From NCBI GenBank assembly GCA_964492745.1, contig CAZBLT010000004.1:28668-92667 (forward strand): a stretch of DNA of 64,000 nucleotides, read 5' to 3'. The DNA is from an uncultured Anaerolineaceae bacterium (lineage in GTDB: Bacteria > Chloroflexota > Anaerolineae > Anaerolineales > E44-bin32). The notes beneath the pieces were generated by a model. That model did no database searches, was not told the DNA's origin, and saw only the letters and a program-made list of their open reading frames with translations. Positions 54,888 through 63,063 of this stretch are shown one piece after another; position 1 is the first letter of the stretch; each line of letters starts with the position of its first letter. Position numbers and translations under genes: made by a program.

Positions 54888-55780
54888 GATGGGGGCGGAG
54901 ATCCTCTACGACTCTTGCGCAGGATCTCCCGGAAGCGCGGGCGCAGCGCAGCAATAATAGGGGAGGGCTGCGGGGGCTGCCAGCCGCGGGTAGCCTCCTC
55001 CACAGGCTCCGGCCAGGTTTCCGGGCTGTGCACGATAGTCCCGGGCTCTTCAGCCTGCTCAAGCAATCCGAGGGCCTGGCTGAGCACTCGCAGATGCATC
55101 TCGGCATCCCTCGGCTGGCCGAGCGGATGGCCGAAGGGAAATTCTACGCCCAGCGTGCGGGGAGTGCCTATGCGTTCGGCCCAGTAGGGCATCATGGAGA
55201 TGACAACGGTAGCCAGTCCAGCAGCTTCGAGCGTGCGTGCCAACACGGGCACGTTGATGGCGCAGTCTGGTCAAGCCGGAGTGAGAATCACGCAATCCAC
55301 CCCAGCATGCACGAAACGGTCGGCCACCTCCGGGCCATAGGTCTTCTCCCAGGCCGTGGTATCTGGGGGGAAGCCCTGAAAGCCCATGAAGGAGAAATGT
55401 TCCGGGGCCACGGCCCCGATGACGCCGCCCTCGGCCAATCTATTCAGAGGTTCGATGGGCAACAGAATGTTGAAATCAGCCTCGGCGTCACGTGCGTTGT
55501 AATGCAAGTGGCCCACCCCCAAATCAGCCGGGTGGACATTGGTCGGGATAGGCCGGTATGTCGGGTCTCCCCAAGTGGGCTGCTGTTTCTCGCGCTCGAG
55601 GTCAAACGGGGGCTGAGAATCACGCAGGTAAAGGCCTCCGGAGGTGACCAATCCGATGGTGCACTCGGACAGCGGGCGGGGAAGCGGTGTCCAGGGGATG
55701 GGGAGTCGCCGCTCGACATCGGCCATTCGATAGTAAGTGGCGATTATGCGGGGCAGGAACTTGAAGCTATCAACCGTCAT
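54884..55780 (-). CDS. GrdB-family (glycine/sarcosine/betaine reductase selenoprotein B-like) selenoprotein candidate; in-frame TGA at 55273..55271
   Basis: Track ORFs 55271..55870 and 54884..55252 are in frame. The joined reading is ...HAGVDCVILTPA-U-PDC-AINVPVLARTLEAAGL.... IGLVTSGGL, LPIEPLNRLAEGGVIG and GVD.VILT..U..C match the Sec region of clostridial GrdB as I recall it. The start is trimmed to the ATG at 55780 (AGGAG RBS). Confidence 0.75.
55236..55253 (-). promoter_or_regulatory. Candidate SECIS hairpin for the GrdB-like gene
   Basis: The mRNA reads CGUGCC-CGUGUU-GGCACG, a 6-bp stem starting 17 nt after the UGA. The loop contains GU. Confidence 0.5.
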
Positions 55781-55820
55781 CGGCACTCCTGAGTTGTTGC
55801 AGGTCAAGGAACCCTGTGTG

Positions 55821-56588
55821 CTAGGCGCTGGACACCCGGCCCAGCGCCTTGCAGGTGAGCCCGGGATCATCGCTCAGCACCGCATCGCATCCCAGGAAAC
55901 GATAATACCAGAGGCGGGGTTCGGGGGTGGGGTCGAGCGGGCAGAGCAGCTGCCCGAGCGCGTGAGCCCACAGCACGTAGAGTGGGTTGGCAAGCAGCAG
56001 GGGCCAGAAGGGCCCGACCATCTCGAAACCTCGCGCCGGCCAGGGGTGGGAGGCGGTGATCCATCCGGTCGGCAGTTCGGGAGCTGCTTTACGGACCGCC
56101 GCCAGCCGTGCGCGGCTGAAGGAAAGGACGACAGTGCGATCGATCAGATCGTGATGGTCGAGCAGGTCCCGCAGGCGGTGATTGACCTTCGGTTCGAGGA
56201 AGCGGTCGCTCTTCAGTTCGAGCGCCAAGGCGCGGTCGGGCGGGACCAAGGCTGCTAATTCGTCAAGGGTGGGGATAGGTTCGGGTCCACGATCCGGACG
56301 TCCCGCCGCGGCGTCCAGCCGTTTGAGCTCCGAGAGGGTCATTTCGGCCACGGCGCCCTGGCCGTTCGTGGTCCGGTCCACGGTTGGGTCATGAATGCAG
56401 ATGAAGACTCCATCCCGGGATAGGTGCAGGTCCGTCTCGAGGATGTCAGCGCCGTCCAAAATTGCCTGGCGAAAGGCTGAGAGCGTGTTCTCGGGAAAGG
56501 CAACCCGGTTGCCCCGGTGGGCCATGACATAGGGCTTCTTGCGATCGGGGAGGGCAAGCATTCGGCCGGGGGACTTGGGCGGCTTCAT
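55821..56588 (-). CDS. Glycerophosphodiester phosphodiesterase (GDPD/UgpQ-like)
   Basis: MAHRGNRVAFPENTLSAFRQAI..GADILETDLHLSRDGV.ICIHD.TVDRTTNG is the GDPD signature. Confidence 0.85.
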   Translation of the reverse strand: MKPPKSPGRMLALPDRKKPYVMAHRGNRVAFPENTLSAFRQAILDGADILETDLHLSRDGVFICIHDPTVDRTTNGQGAVAEMTLSELKRLDAAAGRPDRGPEPIPTLDELAALVPPDRALALELKSDRFLEPKVNHRLRDLLDHHDLIDRTVVLSFSRARLAAVRKAAPELPTGWITASHPWPARGFEMVGPFWPLLLANPLYVLWAHALGQLLCPLDPTPEPRLWYYRFLGCDAVLSDDPGLTCKALGRVSSA

Positions 56589-56591
56589 CGA

Positions 56592-57668
56592 TCAGAGTAT
56601 ATCCTCAAGGGAGAGGCCATGGTTCTTGGCGCGCGCCTGCCTCCAAGCCATCAGGTCGGGCGGTGGCGGCGCGATTTCGGCTTCGGGGAGAGGGATGAGC
56701 GCCAGCGCGCCCTCCGGGCAGTGGACGGAACAGACGCCGCAGCCGGTGCAGCGGGCCGCGTCCACGGAGGCGAGGCCTTCGCAGCTTAGGGCGCCAAAGG
56801 GGCAATACCCCACGCATAGCTCACAGCCAACACAGAGATCATCATCCACATGATTGACGTACGAGGAACGGGCCACCACATTCGAGACGCCCATCTCGGC
56901 CAGGCCACGAAGGATCCCACAGGAGCAGGTACAGCAATTGCAGAGATACCAGTGCCCTGTCTGGCTGTTGCTCACCGAATGAACCAACCCGGCCTCGGCG
57001 GCGCGCTCAAGGGTAGCGATGGCCTCTTCGTGGGTAAGGCTGCGGATGGTGGAGCTGCGATCAAAGGCGCCTGGGGTGGCGCTGAAGACCATGCATACAT
57101 CCATCGGATGGTCACAACCCTCGCCGATGAGGGCCTTCTGTTTGCGGCAGATGCAATCGGTCACGCCCCAGGCGCGTGCCTCATCGAGGATCTGCCGCAC
57201 ACTGTCATAGGGCCGGATCTCGCTGTTCATGGCGATGCTCTCGCCCACCGGGACCACACGGTGGACTGGGGGCTGCATGGCGATGGCCTCGTGGAAGGCG
57301 GCCTGGTAGTAGGCCTCGAAAAGCTCGGCGAGCTCGCGGTCGATGCGTCCCGATTGCATCTCATAGATGCCCACCACGAACGGCATCAGCCCATATCCCA
57401 CGCCCTGGTCGGTCTTGCCGGCGGCAATCAGGCCTTTCCTGGCCATTTGCTTCAGCATCTGACGCAGAGCCTGAGGGTCGCGCTCCAGGCGCTCTGCGAT
57501 CTGCTCCGGGGTTTCAAGCGTGAGGCGGAGATGGGCAGCGAGTTCAGCTTCTGGCTCGAGAAATAGATAGCGCAGCAGGCGCAATTCATGGCCTTCAGCC
57601 GTGCGAGGGAAGCCATCAGGAAGTGCATTGAGCCGGGAAGCCAGCTGTTCATGGGGGTCCGGAGCCAT
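56592..57668 (-). CDS. 4Fe-4S dicluster domain protein with an N-terminal winged-helix-like region and an additional Cys-rich (CNCCxCxC) cluster
   Basis: Two CxxCxxCxxxCP ferredoxin motifs (CVGCELCVGYCP, CTGCGVCSVHCP) plus the CICRK...C...C and YLCNCCTCSCG motifs. The stop lies 3 nt before the GDPD start. Confidence 0.75.
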   Translation of the reverse strand: MAPDPHEQLASRLNALPDGFPRTAEGHELRLLRYLFLEPEAELAAHLRLTLETPEQIAERLERDPQALRQMLKQMARKGLIAAGKTDQGVGYGLMPFVVGIYEMQSGRIDRELAELFEAYYQAAFHEAIAMQPPVHRVVPVGESIAMNSEIRPYDSVRQILDEARAWGVTDCICRKQKALIGEGCDHPMDVCMVFSATPGAFDRSSTIRSLTHEEAIATLERAAEAGLVHSVSNSQTGHWYLCNCCTCSCGILRGLAEMGVSNVVARSSYVNHVDDDLCVGCELCVGYCPFGALSCEGLASVDAARCTGCGVCSVHCPEGALALIPLPEAEIAPPPPDLMAWRQARAKNHGLSLEDIL

Positions 57669-57926
57669 GGACGCGATCCTCCACTAGGGGAACGGGCTGG
57701 GAAGGCAGCCGTGATTGTGTGCGGTGGACTAGGTTTGAGCGAGAGCCCCCCTGGAAAGCGGGCCCAAGCACGCCTCGCAGCCGGATTGTATCTCTCCCAG
57801 GAGGTTAAGCAAGCGGCATGATCCTTGCAGCCTGAAGACTGCCTCGCTGCCTGGGTGAGCCGATTCGGGCGGGAGGGATGCCCGGTCGGCTCACCCTGCA
57901 AGGGGCCAGCTTGGAGGGCGAGGGAT

Positions 57927-58163
57927 ATGGCGGAGGATGCAAGACGCTTTCAGTGGCTCGTGCTGGCGCGGCGGCTGAGAACGCCCGGCCTGCTTGAAAC
58001 CATGAGCGATCAGGTGCCCGAGGTTCGTGCGGCGTTCCGCGATCTCGAGGCGCAGGTGAACGAGCGCATGGTGGGCCTCGCCCAGGAAGGCTGGCGGCCT
58101 GTATCCCACGCGCAGGATATCGATAACGGCATTCTCTACGTAAGCGTGCTCCTCGAGCGCTAG
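57927..58163 (+). CDS. Small hypothetical protein (78 aa)
   Basis: The ATG at 57927 follows GAGGGAT. The track ORF begins at 57825, but its first 34 codons overlap a strong hairpin and look non-coding. Confidence 0.4.
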   Translation: MAEDARRFQWLVLARRLRTPGLLETMSDQVPEVRAAFRDLEAQVNERMVGLAQEGWRPVSHAQDIDNGILYVSVLLER

Positions 58164-60004
58164 CCCCTGTCGGCCTTCTCAGTCCTATTGGCCTGGACCT
58201 CCCGGGCTAGTTGCTCAAGCATCTCTACATAGCCATCCATGGTGGCAAAGGTCGCTTCCACCGGATCGGGCTGTTCCAAATCCACACCTGCCACGCGCAA
58301 GGCCTCCAATGGGTAGCGAGAGCTTCCGAGTTTCAGGAAGCTGAGATAGTCCTCGGGCGCCTGGGGTTCGCCCTCGAGGACCCGGCGGGCGAGGGCGTGG
58401 GCCCCGGAGATGCCGGTTGCGTACTGGAAGACATAGAAGTCCACATAGAGATGTCCGAATGTCGCCCAGGTCATGCCGGCCAGATGACGATCCAGCTGGA
58501 CCCCCGGCCCATAGCTCTCTTTGAGGATCCCGTGCATAAGCTCGATCATAAAATCGGCGTTGAGGCCTTCCCCGGCCTCTATACGCTGGTGGATTTCGTA
58601 TTCGAAAAGGGCCAAGGTTGGCATCTGGAAGAAGTAACGATAGAAGTTCGACATGGCCTCTTCGAGCACGGCGATGCGGAAAACCGGCTCATCGCTGCGG
58701 TTCAGTAGGTGTGCCCGAACCATTGCCTGGTGAAAATTAGAGGCCACCTCAGCGATGAATAGGCTGTGATCGCTATAGACCAGCGGTTGCTCCTTCCATG
58801 AGAGATAGGAATGCATCGAGTGTCCCAGCTCATGGGCCAGGGTGCTGAGAGAGAGGAGTGTGTCACCGAAGTGCATCATGATGTACGGGCGGGTTCCGGG
58901 CACGCCGGTGGAGAAGGCGCCCTGCCGTTTCCCCTGATTGGGATATACATCTACCCAGCGCTCATCCAGGCAGCCGCGCCGCACAGCCTCCACGTAGTCG
59001 GGGCCCATCGGTGATAACCCTTCGCAGATCCATTCGACGGCCTCTTCGTAAGATACCTGCGGCCGCTCCTTGGTAAGCGGCGCCCACATATCGTAGGGCT
59101 GCAGGGAAGCGACGCCCAAGATGCGCTTGCGGATCTCGAAATAGCGATGCCAGATCGGCAGATTTGCCTTGAACACATCGATCAAGTTGTGGAAGACCGC
59201 GGTTGGGATATTGTCCTCGGAGAGGGCAGCCTCAAGCGTGGAGGTGTGGTGGCGTGCGCGGGCCAGGAAGACGCTCTGCTTAATGGAAGTCTCCAGGCCG
59301 CTTGCCAGCGTGTTCCGGAATCGGAAAAAGAGGTCGTGATAGCTCTCCCAGGCATTTCTTCGGAGCTGCCGATCGGGCGATTGCATCAAGCGCATATAGG
59401 TGCCATGGGAGAGATGCGCTTGCTCTCCGTTTGCATCCTCCGCGGGGGCAAATTGGAAATCCGCGTCGGTGAGCATCCGGACCGTCGAGCGCAGGCCCGA
59501 AAATGGGTTTTGGACTTGCCGCAGCAAGCTCTCGACCTCCGCTGAGCGGACGTGCTGCTGCCGACGGAAGAGATCCTCGAAGTAATGCTCGTAAACGGCC
59601 AGGCCGGGCTCCTCGGACATCCATTGGCTCAGCGTGTCTTTCTCCACTTCGAGCAATGCGGGCTCGAGGAAGGCCACTGCGCTGCGGGCACGGCTGAGCA
59701 GACCCCGTGCCTGGGAGTTTCGCTGCGCGGCCTCAGGGTCGGCGGCATCGACGCTGGCAGCCATCCCGGCCCAGAGCACGATCCTCTCGGCCCGGTTCTG
59801 CAACCTGAAGGCCGCCTCCAGCGTTTCAAGAAGACGGGAGGGACCCTGCGAATAGTCGGCGTAGCGCTGTGGGAAGCCGTCGGTCTGGGAAGCCACTTCC
59901 CTATATTCGGCCTCCCACGCTTCAAGGCTGTCAAACACAGCGGCCTGATCCCAGGTGCGCTCCTCGGGTATTTCATCACGGGATGGAAGTTGCATGGACA
60001 GCAT
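58160..60004 (-). CDS. pepF: Oligoendopeptidase F (M3B)
   Basis: STLAHELGHSMHSY (HExxH) and overall PepF-like length. The start is trimmed to the ATG at 60004 (GGAGAAAGG RBS); the 93 upstream codons of the track ORF are rejected. Confidence 0.85.
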   Translation of the reverse strand: MLSMQLPSRDEIPEERTWDQAAVFDSLEAWEAEYREVASQTDGFPQRYADYSQGPSRLLETLEAAFRLQNRAERIVLWAGMAASVDAADPEAAQRNSQARGLLSRARSAVAFLEPALLEVEKDTLSQWMSEEPGLAVYEHYFEDLFRRQQHVRSAEVESLLRQVQNPFSGLRSTVRMLTDADFQFAPAEDANGEQAHLSHGTYMRLMQSPDRQLRRNAWESYHDLFFRFRNTLASGLETSIKQSVFLARARHHTSTLEAALSEDNIPTAVFHNLIDVFKANLPIWHRYFEIRKRILGVASLQPYDMWAPLTKERPQVSYEEAVEWICEGLSPMGPDYVEAVRRGCLDERWVDVYPNQGKRQGAFSTGVPGTRPYIMMHFGDTLLSLSTLAHELGHSMHSYLSWKEQPLVYSDHSLFIAEVASNFHQAMVRAHLLNRSDEPVFRIAVLEEAMSNFYRYFFQMPTLALFEYEIHQRIEAGEGLNADFMIELMHGILKESYGPGVQLDRHLAGMTWATFGHLYVDFYVFQYATGISGAHALARRVLEGEPQAPEDYLSFLKLGSSRYPLEALRVAGVDLEQPDPVEATFATMDGYVEMLEQLAREVQANRTEKADRG

Positions 60005-60056
60005 GGCCAAACCTTTCTCCGGGCAGGTGATGCTGATTATACGCGGATAGCAAAGG

Positions 60057-62414
60057 CTACTTGCCCGCGTTCCCTCGCGAGGTTTGCACCCAGAGGCGCA
60101 GGCCATCGGTGACGATCTCGATATCCCCGTGAAGGTCCGTTTGCAGGATAGTTCGCCTCTGGAGCGCGCTCTCCCCATCGGTGGATAGCCCCGTTTCGCC
60201 GGTGCCTCCCGAGCAGGAGAGCAACAGCAACCCAGGATTGGACCAGTCAATCCATCCTGGCGGATTGAGGGCTGGATGGCCACAGGCGGGGAGCAGTAGG
60301 GCGGTCAAGGCGTGCATCTCTGAGTGCTTTCTGAGCAGCGGCAAGGTGTCTGGATCTGCCCCAACGGGCAGCAGGAGCCGGCCCCGGCCGGCTTGAAGGA
60401 GGAATGTGGCACCTTGATCGCCAATCACCATCACTTCGAGCCATTGCCCTTCCCCAAGGTCCAGCCGCTGGCCGATCCGCCCCTGGTCTATGGGCGTGCC
60501 CTGCTCTCTCCACCCCTGGATCATGCGCTCACTGGTTTTCGATGCAAGCGGTGCGGCGACGAGTACATGATCAACTGCCATCCTCCCCTGCACCGCCTCC
60601 AGACCGGCGATTTGACTTTTATCAGCGCTGGCCAGGACCACCCATGCGAGGCGACGGCGCTCAAGCGGCAGGCGGGAGCCGAGCGCCTCAGAGAGTGCCC
60701 GGCGGCTGGGCCCGCCGTTGATGAGCACAGCCTCTCCCTGCGGTGTCTGGATCAAGACCGCATCCCCGCCGCCGACGTCCAAGATTGTGAGGTGGAGGCG
60801 GCCATCCGGCGCCCCGGACCATGCGCGCCAGACCAGCCCCGCCGCGACTGCAAGCGTTGGGAGAGCCCACCGGGCGGGCGAGGGCAATAGTATCGGCATG
60901 GCGCCGAGTCTGGGCCGCTTCTCTTCGGGCATGAAGGCCCAGGCTGTGGCTCCAAAGAGGATGGCGTAGTAAAGAGTGATCGAAGTGAAACCGCTAGCAC
61001 CCAGCGGCAGAGTGCTGCCCGGAACCTGCGCCAGGATGCGCACGGCGCGGATGGTTAGAGCAGGGAACGGCCAGGCCAGCAAAGCCAGCGGCCTTCCCAA
61101 CGGCAGCCAGAGTCCTCCGCTCAGCGCGGCCAGGCCCCCGAGGATCATCAGTCCAGGCTGGAGCGGGAGGATGATGGGGTTGGCCACCAAGGAGATCAGC
61201 GAGAGCCTGCCGGTGGCGGCCGCCAGGATTGGCAGCGTTGTAATTTGTGCCGCCACGGTAAACAGCAAGAATTCGGAGAGGGGGTTCGAAAGGCGCTCGG
61301 CCGTCACCTGATCCACGAAATGCGATAAGGCAGCAATGGAGCCTTTCTGCAGAGGTTTGGCGTACAGGACAAGGCCGAGGGTGGCCGCGAACGAGAGTTG
61401 GAAGCCAAGATCCCAGAGCATGCGTGGATTGAGGGCGGTCATGATCAGGGCAGCGGCGGCGAGGGAGTTCAACCCGTGCGACTGGCGCCCCAGAAACCGG
61501 GCCGAGAGCACCAGGAGGGTCATGATGGCGGCCCGCATGACGGCCGCATCGGCACCCACCAATAACGCGTAGAGCACGACCCCGAAAGCTGCGGGCAGGA
61601 GGCCGCGAAGGTTGCCCAGCCAGCGTCGGAAGAGATGGATGAAGAGGCCTGCGATGAGCGTCAGGTTGAAGCCGGAGATGGCGATAATATGGGTTGTGCC
61701 TGTGCGGTCGAAGTCATCCCGCACCTCAGGCGTGATCCCGGTTTCGATGCCCAGCAGGATACCTGCAAGCAAGGAGGCCTCAGGATCCGGAAATAGGTTA
61801 TAGAGGGTGCCAAGCAGCCGCTGACGCATGCCATAAATGGCTCTGAGCAAGGGGTTGCCGTTTCCCCGACCTAGAAGGCGAACATGCGCGACCGGCATCA
61901 TGCTGAAAATGCGTCTGCGCGCCAGATAGTCGCGATAAGAGAAATCTTCACCATGCTCAGGTGTTTCCAGGTAACCCTCGGCCCGCACCCAGTCTCCATA
62001 TGCCCAATGATGGTCCAGGCTCGCTCGGACGAGGGCGCGGCCTTCGACGGGGCGCGCCAATGCCAGGGGAGTGGAGCGGACCCGCTCTGCGGCAAGCGTG
62101 AGCTCGACATAGCCGTCGAAAACCTTGGGATCCTCGACCACCACGCCTGTGATGGTCAGTTGCTGGCGCAAGTCATTGTAGAAGGCGATGTGCCCAGGAT
62201 GAATGCGGGGTTCGGACAGGTGGAACCGGCATGCGCCCAAGGACAGGGCGGCGCAGAGTGCGAATGTCCAGCGGTCTCGTCGCACGCGCCGGAAAAGGGC
62301 GGCAAGGATGCTAGAGGTGGCAGCCAGGAGCCCCCATTGCCATCCCTGCAACGGCAGGTTGGAGCCGGCTGCGATGCCGGCCAACCAGGCCAGGGCGAAC
62401 CAGACGAGCGGCAT
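60057..62414 (-). CDS. comEC: DNA internalisation-related competence protein ComEC/Rec2 (membrane channel + metallo-beta-lactamase domain)
   Basis: 785 aa. DFDRTGTTHIIAISGFNL is the competence-domain motif. The protein is polytopic and has a C-terminal MBL-like domain (LTILDVGGGDAVLIQTP...). Confidence 0.85.
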   Translation of the reverse strand: MPLVWFALAWLAGIAAGSNLPLQGWQWGLLAATSSILAALFRRVRRDRWTFALCAALSLGACRFHLSEPRIHPGHIAFYNDLRQQLTITGVVVEDPKVFDGYVELTLAAERVRSTPLALARPVEGRALVRASLDHHWAYGDWVRAEGYLETPEHGEDFSYRDYLARRRIFSMMPVAHVRLLGRGNGNPLLRAIYGMRQRLLGTLYNLFPDPEASLLAGILLGIETGITPEVRDDFDRTGTTHIIAISGFNLTLIAGLFIHLFRRWLGNLRGLLPAAFGVVLYALLVGADAAVMRAAIMTLLVLSARFLGRQSHGLNSLAAAALIMTALNPRMLWDLGFQLSFAATLGLVLYAKPLQKGSIAALSHFVDQVTAERLSNPLSEFLLFTVAAQITTLPILAAATGRLSLISLVANPIILPLQPGLMILGGLAALSGGLWLPLGRPLALLAWPFPALTIRAVRILAQVPGSTLPLGASGFTSITLYYAILFGATAWAFMPEEKRPRLGAMPILLPSPARWALPTLAVAAGLVWRAWSGAPDGRLHLTILDVGGGDAVLIQTPQGEAVLINGGPSRRALSEALGSRLPLERRRLAWVVLASADKSQIAGLEAVQGRMAVDHVLVAAPLASKTSERMIQGWREQGTPIDQGRIGQRLDLGEGQWLEVMVIGDQGATFLLQAGRGRLLLPVGADPDTLPLLRKHSEMHALTALLLPACGHPALNPPGWIDWSNPGLLLLSCSGGTGETGLSTDGESALQRRTILQTDLHGDIEIVTDGLRLWVQTSRGNAGK

Positions 62415-62495
62415 GGAGCCCCCTTTGCCCCCTTCGTCTGACCAATCGCGGTCGGGCAGAACCCGGCCGCGCGCATCGGCTCTCGTGCGGCCTAA

Positions 62496-63053
62496 CTAAG
62501 AAGAAGCGCCCGGTGGATTGCCGCCTGGATTGGGGATATCCTCTTTTGGCAGCAGGGCGATTCCGTCCACCATGCGGCGGTTAAAGAGAATCGCAGGGCT
62601 CTCAGCGCGAACATTCGGGAAGAGGATGGCGGTGAGTTCGGCGTTGTACATCGGCACGAAATACCGATCGCTGTCGAACATGAGCGAGCCGAAATCGAAC
62701 TTCCCGGGTGTCTCAACCACGCCCCTCAACTCGTAGCCGCCCATCACGACACGCACCCAATGCGGCACAGAGGTGGTGTATCCGCGCCGTGCGAAACCGG
62801 TCGGGCCGATCTCGCCCCGGCTGCTCAAGAGCACGCAAACCATCTCGCTCTTGACCAGCCAGATGTGGGGATAGCGGGCGACCAGCTTGCCGGGTTGGTG
62901 CAGGCGCATGAGATGCGCGCCCTCGACCTCCAGGTACGATGTGGTGGGGATATTGAGGTAGCTGAACAACCCGCTGGCGGTGGGTGTCACGCGCCCCAGA
63001 ACGCGGTGGCTGGTGGTATAGACTTCGACAGATATTGATCTAGCGGCCATCAT
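62496..63053 (-). CDS. Hypothetical protein built from two tandem ~80-aa beta-rich repeats
   Basis: 185 aa. The two halves align by eye: VEVYTTSHRVLGRVTP...YLEVEGAHL...VCVLL against VRVVMGGYELRGVVETP...YFVPMYNAEL...GIALL. Confidence 0.55.
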   Translation of the reverse strand: MMAARSISVEVYTTSHRVLGRVTPTASGLFSYLNIPTTSYLEVEGAHLMRLHQPGKLVARYPHIWLVKSEMVCVLLSSRGEIGPTGFARRGYTTSVPHWVRVVMGGYELRGVVETPGKFDFGSLMFDSDRYFVPMYNAELTAILFPNVRAESPAILFNRRMVDGIALLPKEDIPNPGGNPPGASS

Positions 63054-63063
63054 GCGGCGCTCC

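Noticed and set aside
54884-55780. GrdB-like gene as part of a glycine/sarcosine/betaine or proline reductase operon
   Set aside because: No grdA, grdC/D/E, trxA/B or prdA-like genes lie nearby, and the protein is much shorter than true GrdB. I call it only a family member of unknown substrate.
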